From the NCBI GenBank assembly GCA_963798485.1, contig CAWCTR010000017.1:64001-128000 (forward strand): a DNA stretch of 64,000 bases, written 5' to 3'. Of this stretch, positions 10,190 through 20,691 are shown in pieces (position 1 is the first letter of the stretch; each line of letters starts with the position of its first letter). The stretch is from an uncultured delta proteobacterium (lineage in GTDB: Bacteria > Desulfobacterota > Desulfomonilia > UBA1062). The notes below the pieces were generated by a model. It saw only the letters and a program-made list of their open reading frames with translations. It searched no databases and was not told the origin of the DNA. The position numbers and the translations under genes are program-made.

Positions 10190-12097
10190 GTGCGCCGGGA
10201 GACCGGCAAGGAGTAAAGGGTGAAAGTCCCTCACAGTAAAGGAATAGCAAATCATACTGTCCCCGAGTCATGCGCGGTGTGTCGTGAGGCACAACGTGAA
10301 GCGTTGACAGGGGTGCGAGTAGGCCAGCCATTGAGCCGCGAAAGATCTAGAGTCCAGGGCGCCGACGCTGTCGCAGTAGCGGAAGGCAACACGAACAGGT
10401 GCGAAAATGCGAGTACCTGGACGGCCCTGCGTGGTCTGAGAACCTGGCATGCACGTACGCTCCTTGATCGGGAACCGGGAGATCTCCAGCTTGACCACAG
10501 ATTTAAAGTGGCCCGCATTGGGAAGGTGAAGAGCCGAAGCCAATGATGAACGAGCAGGAGAAGTCAGACCCCTCCATATTAGCTGAGAAGCCGACGAACA
10601 AACAAGGGCAACCGAGTGCGGAGTCGGTGGAGCAAAGGGAGGGGGCCAAGGGGAACTCGGAAGAAACCTACATGCGCCGGACACAGCGCCGGGGAAGCGT
10701 GTCCCAGGGTCTCGACCGGGTACGGCAGGCAGCGAGGAAAGGGAAGAAGGAGCGGTTCACCGCGTTACTCCACCATGTGGACGTCGAACTACTCAAGGCA
10801 GCCTACTACGATCTAAAGCGAAAAGCTGCACCGGGAATAGACGGCGTTACGTGGATGGACTACGAAAAGGACCTTGAAGCCAGTCTTGTGGATTTGCATG
10901 CCCGCGTGCACCATGGAACCTACCGTGCACGGCCATCGCGGAGGAAGTACATACCGAAGCCGAACGGGCGACAACGTCCACTCGGAATAGCAGCGTTGGA
11001 AGACAAGATTGTTCAGCGTGCGGTGGTGGAGGTACTCAATGCGATCTACGAGGAAGACTTTCTGGGGTTCTCATACGGTTTCCGGCCTCGGCGCGGACAG
11101 CATGATGCGTTAGACGCGCTAGCGGTCGGGATCACCCGTACGAAGGTGAGCTGGATACAGGATGCCGATATTGCAGGATTCTTCGACTCGGTGAGCCATG
11201 AATGGCTGATCCGTTTCCTAGAACACCGAATCGGCGATCCACGAATGATTCGCCTGATAAGCAAATGGCTGAAAGCCGGGGTGATGGAAGATGGCGTGGT
11301 AACTCCCACGGAGGCAGGTACGCCTCAAGGTGCAGTAATATCGCCCTTGCTGGCAAACATCTACCTCCACTATGTCTTCGATCTCTGGGCAGAACGGTGG
11401 CGACATCACCATGCCCAAGGGAACGTCATTTTCGTGCGCTATGCCGACGATATTGTCGCCGGATTTGAGCACGAGGCAGATGCCAGGCGCTTTCTTGCGG
11501 ATCTGAAGCAACGGATGGAGCAATTTGCATTATCTCTGCATCCGGATAAGACCCGCCTGATTGAGTTCGGCTGTTTTGCGGCGAACAACCGTGAAAAGCG
11601 AGGACTTGGTAAGCCGGAGACATTCAACTTTCTTGGATTCACTCACATCTGTGGACGTGCCTATCGAAACGGAAAATTTCTCCTTATCCGCATGACCCGT
11701 CGAGATCGGATGCGTTCAAAGCTGAGAGAGATCAAAGAGGAGTTGCGGAGACGCATGCACCTTTCCATTCCAGAGCAGGGGAAGTGGCTATGCCAAGTGG
11801 TAAGGGGTTATTTCGCTTACCATGCAATACCAACCAACTCGAAGAGGATAGTATCCTTCTGGCACCATGTAATAGAACTGTGGCGGCGCACGCTAAGTTA
11901 CCGCAGTCAACGTGCTTACCTTACATGGGATAAAATCTCTCGTTTGGTTTCTTATTGGTTGCCACCCCCGCGCATTCTTCATCCCTGGCCGAATGTTCGT
12001 TTTGCCGTCAAACACCCAAGGTGGGAGCCCGGTGCGTAAATTGCGCACGCCGGGATCTGTGCGGGGGGTGCGCCGTAAGGAGCATCCCTACCGCGAT
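10190..12097 (+). mobile_element. Group II intron, full length, RT-encoding
   Basis: 5' GTGCG at 10190; domain V GAGCCCGGTGCGTAAATTGCGCACGCCGGGATC; 3' CCCTACCGCGAT; EBS1 CGCAGT (10372-10377) complementary to 5' exon ACTGCG (10184-10189). Confidence 0.93.
10543..12039 (+). CDS. ltrA: Group II intron reverse transcriptase/maturase (no C-terminal endonuclease)
   Basis: APGIDG, RPLGI, SYGFRP, GTPQG..ISPLLAN, RYADD, FNFLGF; true start may be later (MRRTQ, 10672). Confidence 0.95.
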   Translation: MMNEQEKSDPSILAEKPTNKQGQPSAESVEQREGAKGNSEETYMRRTQRRGSVSQGLDRVRQAARKGKKERFTALLHHVDVELLKAAYYDLKRKAAPGIDGVTWMDYEKDLEASLVDLHARVHHGTYRARPSRRKYIPKPNGRQRPLGIAALEDKIVQRAVVEVLNAIYEEDFLGFSYGFRPRRGQHDALDALAVGITRTKVSWIQDADIAGFFDSVSHEWLIRFLEHRIGDPRMIRLISKWLKAGVMEDGVVTPTEAGTPQGAVISPLLANIYLHYVFDLWAERWRHHHAQGNVIFVRYADDIVAGFEHEADARRFLADLKQRMEQFALSLHPDKTRLIEFGCFAANNREKRGLGKPETFNFLGFTHICGRAYRNGKFLLIRMTRRDRMRSKLREIKEELRRRMHLSIPEQGKWLCQVVRGYFAYHAIPTNSKRIVSFWHHVIELWRRTLSYRSQRAYLTWDKISRLVSYWLPPPRILHPWPNVRFAVKHPRWEPGA

Positions 12098-12724
12098 GTG
12101 CGCCGGGAGACCGGCAAGGAGTAAAGGGTGAAAGTCCCACACAGTAAAGGAATAGCAAACCATACTGGCCCCGAGACATGCGCGGTGTGTCGTGAGGCAC
12201 CACGTGATGCGTTGACAGGGGTGCGCATAGGCCAGCCATCGAGCCGCGAAAGATCTAGAGTCCAGGGTGCCGACGCTGGCGCAGTAGCGGAAGGCAACAC
12301 GGACAGGTGCGATAGTGCGAGTACCTGGACGGCCCTGCGTGGTCTGAGAACCTGGCATGCACGTACGCTCCTTGATCGGGAACCGGGAGATCTCCGCTTG
12401 ACCACAGATTTAAAGTGGCCCGCATTGGGAAGGTGAAGAGCCGAAGCCAATGATGAACGAGCAGGAGAAGTCAGCCCCCTCCATATTAGCTGAGAAGCCG
12501 ACGAACAAACAAGGGCAACCGAGTGCGGAGCCGGTGGAGCGAAGGAAGGGGGGCCAAGGGGAACTCGGGAGAGACCCGCATGCGCCGGGGAAGTGTGCCC
12601 CAGGGACTTGATCGAGTACGGCAGATAACGTTTCTTCGACTTGCCGTCAATCACCCAAGGTGGGAGCCCGGTGCGTGAATTGCGCCCGCCGGGATCAGTG
12701 CGGGGGGAGCATCCCTACCGCGAT
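12098..12724 (+). mobile_element. ORF-less group II intron, sibling of the 10190 intron and directly abutting it
   Basis: Starts GTGCGCCGGGAGACC right after the 3' end of the first intron; near-identical 5' domains, ORF deleted, DV/DVI variant, ends CCCTACCGCGAT. Confidence 0.9.
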
Positions 12725-13037
12725 ATAAATTGGTGCTTTCGAAAAACCCTAAAACAGATGATCTCGAAATAAAATCTATGGAAAAATCAGGCTGGCTCTA
12801 GGTATAACACCTATCACGAAATCTACAATTTGCTTGACATGAATCACTACTCCATTTTATGTAATAAATATAGAGAATAAATATTTTCATGTATTGACTT
12901 CAAAGCTTTGACTCTTATTATTTTGTATTATTTATATTGTTTTATTTGATATCTTTAGTTCACATAGATTTAATGAACTACCCCGCATCAAGCTAAGGGG
13001 AATTAATCCCAAGCGAGATTAAATAGGGGGAAAGGTT

Positions 13038-13412
13038 ATGACGAAGGTCTTAACGTTTCTGGCAGTACTAATATTACCCCTCTTTCTATGTGCAATGACC
13101 CCACTCACAGAATCTGATATGTCCAATGCTAGCACTCCTTTCAGCTTAAACATCATTATTGATAATATGATGGGTATCAATAATGGCTCCAAAACTTGGT
13201 ATGATTCTGGTGTTTTTAGCAAATTTAATCTAAGTTGGAATGTTGACCTCTATCTAGATAAAAGCAATGGCGAGACCATAGAAACTCAAGAAACTAGTAA
13301 AGACATCTCCGACCCACTTTTGTGCTGGGGTCAAGGGTGGTTTGACAATCTTCAGTCCTTTCTACAGGACTTTTTCAATAATCCATTTAATTTGAACAAT
13401 TACTTTCATTGA
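13038..13412 (+). CDS. Secreted protein with DUF6160-like N-terminal motif, probably truncated by IS4
   Basis: Signal peptide then AMTPLTESDMSN; paralogous N-terminus to 32453-33127; stop codon lies inside the IS4 end. Confidence 0.65.
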   Translation: MTKVLTFLAVLILPLFLCAMTPLTESDMSNASTPFSLNIIIDNMMGINNGSKTWYDSGVFSKFNLSWNVDLYLDKSNGETIETQETSKDISDPLLCWGQGWFDNLQSFLQDFFNNPFNLNNYFH

Positions 13413-14752
13413 TGTCCGGTTAAGGATTTGCATGTGATTGATCCTTGTTTGACGGTTGATAGTACCAGGCGCCGGTTTGATTTACAATATCCTCGATACT
13501 CATTTCGTTGTGGATATTGATGGATATTTCCCGAAGACGTTTGACGGAAACCTTTTCTCGATGGTGGTCATGGCAGTAGATGGCCAGGAGGATATAGGTG
13601 ATCAGTCCGGCCAGCATCTGGACCATCAATCCGTATTTGCTCCTTGAAATAAGGTGGTAAACCTTCAGATGTCGTTTCCACCAGCCGAAGAAGATCTCGA
13701 TGTTCCACCTGAGCTTATAAGCGGAGGCAATCTGTTCGGCTGTGAGATCGTGGCGATCGGTGGCTATCCAGTAATTGACGTTCGTTACCCGATAGCCGAC
13801 CAGCCGGAGTTCCCTTTCTGTCCGATTGATACCGGGAGTCCCAAGAAGAACTACGGCGTCGTAAAAGATTATACTGTCGAGTTGAACGTCATTCGTTCTT
13901 ACGACAATTTTATCCGTGGAGGCTTTGATCCGGCAGATAAAATGCTTGCCGTCAGCTTGCCAGGTGTCAAAGAGCTTATGGCTCTGGTAGCCTCGATCCA
14001 TGACGCCTGTTTCCCCCGAAGCCAGAATCCTCTCGACAAAAGGCCGTTCCGCCTCTTTGCCGTCGGTGAGGAATATTTTTTTGGGAATGCCGCAATTGAG
14101 ATCGAAACCGATATGAACCTTGGCCTTTTTCGAGCCATTGCGGTAGTCGGCCCAGTACATGGACAACACAGCATCAATCAGGGAACCATCGATAAGGACC
14201 AGATCTCCTAACTCAGCATGTCCCTTGGGTAAATGTTTAGCAGCCTTTGCATAGAGCTTCCCGAACATTTCCATCATCTGCTCCAACCCACGTGAGCTGA
14301 TGTCCTCGAAGAAGCTGCTCTTTTCAATACCGCCCACGGGTGCGATGTGCTGCCGGGCAAAATGTTCTTCCTTCAGAACCTGTAGGAGGTGACGTCCTGA
14401 ATGGTGTTCTTCCAGATGGAAATACACCAAGATGTTCAGCTGATCTTCAAAAGACATTTTCAAGGGTCGGTTGCATCCCGAGAGCAGGGGGGTGATTTCG
14501 GGCAATATGTCGTTGACAGGTGTCATAAGGGTGTCGTGGGTTTTGTGTTTTTCCTTGGGTTTTCCTGGCATCCACGTGTAGGGCATGAGCAATTCCTCCG
14601 TAATAATAGATAGTTACAGAAAAATCGCCTCCCTATGTGCCCGATATGTCAAGAGATATCTGCACACGGATGCATTTTTTTCACCAAAACAAAACGAATA
14701 CGATGAACCAAAATATTAAGGGTTTATGCAAAATCCTAACCGGACATTACTG
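13407..14752 (-). mobile_element. IS4-family insertion sequence
   Basis: Imperfect terminal inverted repeats CATTGATGTCCGGTTAAGGATTTGCAT / ATGCAAAATCCTAACCGGACATTACTG; no target duplication seen. Confidence 0.88.
13420..14592 (-). CDS. IS4-family transposase
   Basis: LIDGS, MDRGY, Y..RW.IE.FF..WK motifs. Confidence 0.92.
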   Translation of the reverse strand: MLMPYTWMPGKPKEKHKTHDTLMTPVNDILPEITPLLSGCNRPLKMSFEDQLNILVYFHLEEHHSGRHLLQVLKEEHFARQHIAPVGGIEKSSFFEDISSRGLEQMMEMFGKLYAKAAKHLPKGHAELGDLVLIDGSLIDAVLSMYWADYRNGSKKAKVHIGFDLNCGIPKKIFLTDGKEAERPFVERILASGETGVMDRGYQSHKLFDTWQADGKHFICRIKASTDKIVVRTNDVQLDSIIFYDAVVLLGTPGINRTERELRLVGYRVTNVNYWIATDRHDLTAEQIASAYKLRWNIEIFFGWWKRHLKVYHLISRSKYGLMVQMLAGLITYILLAIYCHDHHREKVSVKRLREISINIHNEMSIEDIVNQTGAWYYQPSNKDQSHANP

Positions 14753-15232
14753 AAAGAAAATAAGATATGATATTCTCATTAATTTATTAATTTTTACTGT
14801 AAGATTATATTTTCATTCTATTTCTTAGATTAATTCGGTTCATATTTTTTAATCTAAATTTAATCTCAAGGTTCTTACTGAGCTTTCTACTTGAGATGTT
14901 AGCACAGGTCTAAGTTATCATTAACAATGAATAAATTAAAATCTTTTGGGGGGAGAGGAAGATACTATTAGATATATGATTACTTAGGTTTAGATGGCTC
15001 TTTTACCTATCGAGGGGTCTAACTTTTAAACTTTTTATGAGATAGGGCTTAAGATTAGGAATAAGGGATAAGTATAAAAGTTAGGAAGATGGTCAGATAC
15101 AGAGAATTGGCTGCTTCTATGTTCAGGATCAATCATGGTTATACAACCCAGATAACGCTCAGTTGGCCTTTCCTGAAACAATAGATTATATTTCGCTATC
15201 TCTAGTAGAGGGTAAGGAGATGGGGCCATTGA

Positions 15233-15907
15233 GTCGAGTAGCCCGGGGGAATCTCACCCCCAGGCCCTCACAGAACCGGACGTGAGACTCTCACCTCATC
15301 CGGCTCCTGCCGTCCAGTCGTCTGTAAAGAACATAACGACTTTACCTTATCCATAAGCTCCTCCCATTGCTGGTTGACTCACGAACAAGGTCGGACAGCT
15401 CAGCCCCTTCGCTCCATCCGCATTACCGGACTTCATCACTACTACGGACTGATCCGCCCCTGCGCTCTGCATCGGTACTCTCGTCTTCATGGGTCCTCCA
15501 CTTCGACTTGTCCCTTAGCATCAGAGCGCCAGGTTCCCACGTTCCGCATGAAAGCCCAAACCAGGCTCGCGCCACCTTTCTGCCGGCCACCATCTGGGCA
15601 GTAAACAGGTTTCCCCCAGACTTTGTCCCGGACCCGATAAAGGAGCCCGGTTTCGATGACGTCTGTATCTTTTCGACAGCTTATCAGTGGTTCACTCACG
15701 TTCGCCTTCCTGGTTCTCACCTGACGAAGTCTTGCCTCGCCTTTTCCTGGACCGCTCACCACCTGGGATCTTATCCCCACGCAGCGCCAGGCGGTTTGGG
15801 ATCTGATCCTGTAACCCGATCCCGAGGGGCCTCCCCTCATCTTCCATGCAGCATGGCTGCTCCAATGTAGCCCTTTCAGGCTACCTCTTCGCGCCTTCGT
15901 GGCGCAC
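15233..15907 (-). mobile_element. ORF-less group II intron (different lineage)
   Basis: Minus strand starts GTGCGCC; DV GAGCCGGATGAGGTGAGAGTCTCACGTCCGGTTC; ends CTACTCGAC; EBS1 TTTATCG (15635-15641) pairs with 5' exon CGATAAA. Confidence 0.88.
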
Positions 15908-16098
15908 TTTATCGAAGTTATCAATGCTCTGGGGAGAGCGAAGATCATAGTCAGAAACATTCAGTTATCAATAACTGTGTCCTATAGAGTATGTACTTAT
16001 TTTCACTTTTATTCCTGAAAAATTCCTCATATTTTTTATATCATTGTTTGCCCTCATCTAACTATCAAATTTGATTAATATATTGCTCACAACAATTA

Positions 16099-16114
16099 TG
16101 GTATAAAATGTGCA
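16099..16114 (+). promoter_or_regulatory. Putative sigma-54 promoter
   Basis: TGGTATAAAATGTGCA: GG-N10-GC, about 105 bp upstream of 16221. Confidence 0.5.
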
Positions 16115-16220
16115 TATTTTTTTAGTAGTTTATTCTATTATATGCTAGAATAGGTTTATTAATAAGCATTAATAAGCTAAGTAGCATAATGAAAATGGAT
16201 TTGTATGCAGAGGGTATCGA

Positions 16221-16724
16221 ATGAATAGAAAGAACCTCTTTATTGCAACTATGCTATTGACCGCAATACTTATCCTCCCTCAGACGGGATCAACTAACAA
16301 AGGCCCTTTGAACGATACTGAGTTATGTGATGTCATCGGCCAGGAAGGGTCTATTGTAGAAACAACTATCCCCATTAACATTCATTTTGACAATTTGAGT
16401 GAGTTAAATGGTGTATTGAATTTCCATGATCTAAATTTCCAAGGTTCCATAACCACTAGGGATTCCTCTACGAGCATAACTAATGCCTATGAAATAGCTG
16501 ATCTTATCTTTCCTTACACCGGAATGTTTAGTTTTGGACTGGTACCTCTTGAGTCTATAGGAAAAAACCCTCAGCAATTTGATATGACCATCAAAATCGA
16601 TGACTTTTCAATTGGCGCCATTCAACCAGGAAATGCCGTCAAAGGCCCCGGCTTTGGTAGTGTTCAGATGAGTGGAGGAGTTATAAATTTCAAAGGAACA
16701 CTAATACCGGCTACTTCTCATTAA
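16221..16724 (+). CDS. Secreted DUF6160-like protein (short, divergent)
   Basis: Signal peptide; PLNDTELCDVIGQEG matches the P..D.DLS.V.GQ.G motif of the 26995 and 30284 proteins. Confidence 0.65.
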   Translation: MNRKNLFIATMLLTAILILPQTGSTNKGPLNDTELCDVIGQEGSIVETTIPINIHFDNLSELNGVLNFHDLNFQGSITTRDSSTSITNAYEIADLIFPYTGMFSFGLVPLESIGKNPQQFDMTIKIDDFSIGAIQPGNAVKGPGFGSVQMSGGVINFKGTLIPATSH

Positions 16725-16850
16725 GAATAATTGATTCCAAGCAACCCAGATAAAGTAGAGGTCATGTGCCAAACTGCGGTGTTTGAAATATGATGCTACA
16801 TGTGTAGATTTCGTGCCATCAGCAATGCTTTGGCCAATCCGAATATTTGT

Positions 16851-17316
16851 CATTGATGTCCGGTTAAGGATTTGCATGTGATTGATCCTTGTTTGACGGT
16901 TGATAGTACCAGGCGCCGGTTTGATTTACAATATCCTCGATACTCATTTCGTTGTGGATATTGATGGATATTTCCCGAAGACGTTTGACGGAAACCTTTT
17001 CCCGATGGTGGTCATGGCAGTAGATGGCCAGGAGGATATAGGTGATAAGTCCGGTAAGCGGAGGCAATCTGTTCGGCTGTGAGATCGTGGCGATCGGTGG
17101 CTATCCAGTAATTGACGTTCGCCACCCGATAGCCGACCAAGCGGAGTTCCCTTTCCGTCCAATTGATACCGGGTGTCCCAAGAAGAACTACGGCGTCGTA
17201 AAAGATTATACTGTCGAGTTGAACGTCATTCGTTCTTACGACAATTTTATCCGTGGAGGCTTTGATCCGGCAGATAAAATGCTTGCCGTCAGCTTGCCAG
17301 GTGTCAAAGAGCTTAT
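16851..17316 (-). pseudogene. Truncated, internally deleted copy of the 13407 IS4
   Basis: Same end CATTGATGTCCGG and near-identical transposase 3' region, with a ~100 bp deletion near 17054. Confidence 0.9.
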
Positions 17317-17317
17317 C

Positions 17318-17714
17318 GAGACAACTCTTCTGGAAAATCTTTTCCTAGGGGAATAGGAAATAATTTCCACTTTCCTTAACCCTGGGCAGTTCATATATTA
17401 TAACTTGATAGAATTATATATGTTATTAATTGGCATGCTCGTTGCATATTAAATGTATAAATATATTAAACATGATGAAAGGATGAATTATGGCAATTCG
17501 AGGAAGAAAACCACTAGATCTGAGAAACAACGGTACGGATACAAAGCTTATAAAAAGGAATTATTATTTAGAAGAGCGACTTACAAAGGCTCTTACCGTT
17601 CTTTCCGCATTGACCGGAAAAGAGCTTTCTCTTCTCGTGAATGAGGCCATCGTTGAACTGGTTCATAAATATCAGCCGAAGACAGGTATCGACTTGCTCA
17701 ACTTGGAAACAATA
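17318..17714 (+). repeat. ~397 bp near-identical duplication (second copy 25388-25784) with promoter and RHH gene
   Basis: Direct comparison, constant offset 8070, only a few substitutions. Confidence 0.92.
17431..17446 (+). promoter_or_regulatory. Putative sigma-54 promoter of RHH gene
   Basis: TGGCATGCTCGTTGCA: GG-N10-GC. Confidence 0.7.
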
Positions 17715-17729
17715 AATAAAGAAGAATAA
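17490..17729 (+). CDS. Ribbon-helix-helix DNA-binding protein, copy 1
   Basis: Strand IKRNYYLE, helix ERLTKALTVLSALTG, helix LSLLVNEAIVELVHKY; multiple paralogs in window. Confidence 0.8.
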   Translation: MAIRGRKPLDLRNNGTDTKLIKRNYYLEERLTKALTVLSALTGKELSLLVNEAIVELVHKYQPKTGIDLLNLETINKEE

Positions 17730-17791
17730 AAATTATTAGTTCCTCGCCGCTTGATGCGAGGGGGTTCAATCTTTCTCGACCTTTTTCAAGT

Positions 17792-17998
17792 TTATTTACA
17801 GTGAACACTAGTTTTGTACTTTTGAATAAGAAGGATGATCGCCTCATTCACGAGGAGAGATGGCTCTTTCTCTGTTAAATTAGATAATTCCCCAATAATA
17901 TCATCATAACGTTCTTCAATATAAATGGGCGTTTTAATCAATTTATTGCCCCGATCATAATCTTTCAGATAAATCAGCTTTTCTGCTTTTTCTCTCAT
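17792..17998 (-). CDS. Divergent RHH paralog, convergent with copy 1
   Basis: KLIKTPIYIEER..LS.LT.KE.SLLVNEAI..L.QKY; GGAGG RBS. Confidence 0.7.
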   Translation of the reverse strand: MREKAEKLIYLKDYDRGNKLIKTPIYIEERYDDIIGELSNLTEKEPSLLVNEAIILLIQKYKTSVHCK

Positions 17999-18097
17999 TG
18001 CAACCTCCCTACATAATTTTCTTCTCTTGACCTGACGTTTAATCTCTTTCGGGTCAATCTCTCGAAGCTTGCTTCGTATCTCAGATGATGAAGTACT

Positions 18098-18129
18098 AAT
18101 ACCTCGCAGCTTGCTGCGTGGTAGTTCAT
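18098..18129. repeat. IS200/IS605-end-like hairpin (related copies ~12974-13000, ~17741-17763, ~31967-31989)
   Basis: AATACCTCGCAGCTTGCTGCGTGGTAGTTCAT imperfect palindrome. Confidence 0.55.
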
Positions 18130-19025
18130 GAACCTGATGCTTAATAGAGTATTGTTAGTGTTCTCTGAATCGAGCAGGAACGGGAGAGATTAATTAGGGA
18201 TTTCCTTATATTCTATAAAGATACACCACTTCTAAATAAGGAATTTCGCCCAATGCATCAAAGAAAGGTAATATAATCATATGCAAATATTGTGCTAAGT
18301 ATGGATTAAAATTAAACATAATATAATAACAATAAGTTAATTTGATATTGTTATCAATTGGCACCCAACACACTGATCTTTATTCCATTATAGTGGTAAT
18401 TGTTTTCTATTATTATCCAAATAAATTCCATGTCTATATATTTTGAGAGTTATACACTATGTGCAATTTTTTTTGCCGGTAAGCTCAAAACCCATCAAAT
18501 TTGGACCATCCAAACACAAGCCCAGCCTAGATAAAAAATCTCACATTGTAGGGCATTTTACGAGGCCGTTTTTTATCATTTTTTTTATCATTTGAGTTTT
18601 ACGACAGCCTCTTTGGAGATCATCGGTTTTGAGGCATTCTAAAACCGAGAAGATATCGAAGAGATCTCCACTATCGAATAATAAAAGGAATTCATTTTGT
18701 GTTCGATGCCCACCCATGACATGTAGGGGATACTACTGTGGTCAAGTTCCCTTATAATATTAATGATTTAATAACTAATACTTAAACGATTTCAATATTC
18801 ACTTTGTCCTTAAGTGTATTTAAATATATTATATATTCAATGGTTGATTATTATTTATCATTATTGAGGTTGCTCATAGTATATCTATTTTGAGGTTGCT
18901 TTTAATTTATCAATTATGATATAATAGCAATAAAGATGATCTATGGAGGGATATACATGATTCTGCCGAGATGATTTTCGAGGTAAGAATCACAGATTGA
19001 GATACCTTAGGATTGGGGGTACATT

Positions 19026-19229
19026 ATGAATATTGCATGTCCTTTTCTCAGGAGAACTATCGATACTAAGGACTTCGTTGCCACTGATTGTGTATTAGAG
19101 CAGTGTAAGCTCTGGAATACAAAATATAGAGAATGCTGGATGATAACCAGTGGGAGATCAATTTCAGAAGAAACCACATTGTCACAATTCAAACATAGAC
19201 CTTCTATGAATACTGGCTCGGTTCTGTAA
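19026..19229 (+). CDS. Small Cys-rich hypothetical protein
   Basis: CPF..C....C..W......C spacing; GGGGG RBS. Confidence 0.5.
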   Translation: MNIACPFLRRTIDTKDFVATDCVLEQCKLWNTKYRECWMITSGRSISEETTLSQFKHRPSMNTGSVL

Positions 19230-19253
19230 AGTCAGACAATTAAATTAGAGATC

Positions 19254-19637
19254 TTGCCAAACTGTGGTGTTTGAAATTAGATCCCCTATGTGTAGATTTT
19301 GTGCCAATCGCCACGGTCTGACATAAAGTGTATTCCTGCATAGGTTTCGAACCAAGATCATCAGCACGAATACATCATAAAACCGAAATCAAGTTTATAT
19401 CCGCCTGACCCGGTTTACATATGAATCACATAGTCCTTAATCCTTCATCCAGGTCCTATTTATTCAATGGGGAAAAACGCCGAATCGGCGTTTTTTGTAT
19501 AAGTGCAAGAATGCGGGTCATACCTAACATCTCAAATAACCGACCTATATTCGTCCTGAGCAAGAGTTCAATCATGACCTCACCCACAAGGATAGAAGGG
19601 GCAATCAAAACCGCTCCTGCTCGAATAAGGCAATCTT
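19254..19637. repeat. ~385 bp dispersed non-coding repeat, full copy
   Basis: Homologous segments at 16766-16818, 23620-23830, 34974-35067 plus 36918-37208 (split by IS1182), 38271-38381, 39739-39921, 40373-40477. Confidence 0.85.
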
Positions 19638-19936
19638 AATCAGTTCCCGCCCTCCACACATAAAAAAATCAGGCCCTATGCAGGCCTGAAAAATGAGGAG
19701 GTTCTATGGGGAATGAATCTTGAAGAACCTACTATTTTCATCGGCGTGAATCGGATTTGCATGAGTATGGTTATGATCAACCGGGTTCTATAATGAAAAA
19801 GATGACATTGTCTTATTGTTATTCTATAAAGACAATAATGCTCAAACCACAGCAAGAGCAATTCTTCATGAACTCAGCTCATTAATACGGGACTGAGCAT
19901 GATAGTCGGTGGTTTGGTAAATACGAGGAGGGAATC

Positions 19937-20212
19937 ATGACAAAATCGGATCTGGTTGATGTAGTTGCTAATAAGGCAGGACTACCAAAGGCAAAGGTCT
20001 CAGACGCAATCGATGCAATTACAGATGCGATCCAGGGCGCTCTCAAAAAAGGCGATAAGGTTACCCTGGTTGGTTTCGGGACCTTTGAAGTCGCTAAAAG
20101 GGCTGCCCGTACAGGTGTGAATCCTCGCACAAGAGAGAAAATAAAGATCAAAGCAAACAAAGTACCTCGGTTCAAAGCAGGAAAAGCATTGAAGGATGCT
20201 GTAAAGAAATAG
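19937..20212 (+). CDS. hup: Histone-like DNA-binding protein HU
   Basis: MTKSDLV..VA, VTLVGFGTF, RAARTG.NP.T, PRFKAGKALKDAV; GAGGAG RBS. Confidence 0.95.
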   Translation: MTKSDLVDVVANKAGLPKAKVSDAIDAITDAIQGALKKGDKVTLVGFGTFEVAKRAARTGVNPRTREKIKIKANKVPRFKAGKALKDAVKK

Positions 20213-20477
20213 TCATATATAAGTTCTGCCCCCCTTGCCACATCTGGCCTTCCTCCCAGGTATGTCAGGTGTGGCGATTTTATCTCTTTGGTTCATCCCA
20301 CAAGTCATTTCCAAAATAACGCACCGCTGTTCGTTTTTTTAGTCATCATTCCACCTATCATTCAAGCTGAGAAACAGATAAAGAATAGTATAGTGATGGA
20401 TATCGATCCTGAGATGATCGGTCTCCACACAGATTAACTGACCATTCAGGCATGGGTAATGTCGATTGGTGGATATT

Positions 20478-20630
20478 ATGTCAACAAAAGAAGGTGTAGC
20501 TAACCATAAAATCCAGATGGAATGCTTTTGGTGTATGTATAAGTGGACTCATGTATATATCAAGAAAACGCCGCCACGGAGAATTAAATGTCCCAAGTGT
20601 GGCAATATTATTAAGGTAATTAAACGCTAA
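20478..20630 (+). CDS. 50 aa zinc-ribbon protein (below ORF-track cutoff)
   Basis: MSTKEGVANHKIQMECFWCMYKWTHVYIKKTPPRRIKCPKCGNIIKVIKR; two CxxC pairs. Confidence 0.6.
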   Translation: MSTKEGVANHKIQMECFWCMYKWTHVYIKKTPPRRIKCPKCGNIIKVIKR

Positions 20631-20691
20631 CTAAAAAATTATTAGGAAAATATATTAATATCTTCCATGATCAATAATCGAGGGAACCAAA

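Noticed and set aside
10220-15960. Short ORFs 10220, 10252, 10268, 11979-12654, 15367, 15374, 15487
   Set aside because: They lie within GC-rich intron RNA domains and have no protein motifs
19421-19639. Protein gene encoded by the dispersed repeat (also ORFs 23651, 37079, 39657, 39661)
   Set aside because: Frames, starts and stops differ between copies through indels, so nucleotide-level conservation is more likely
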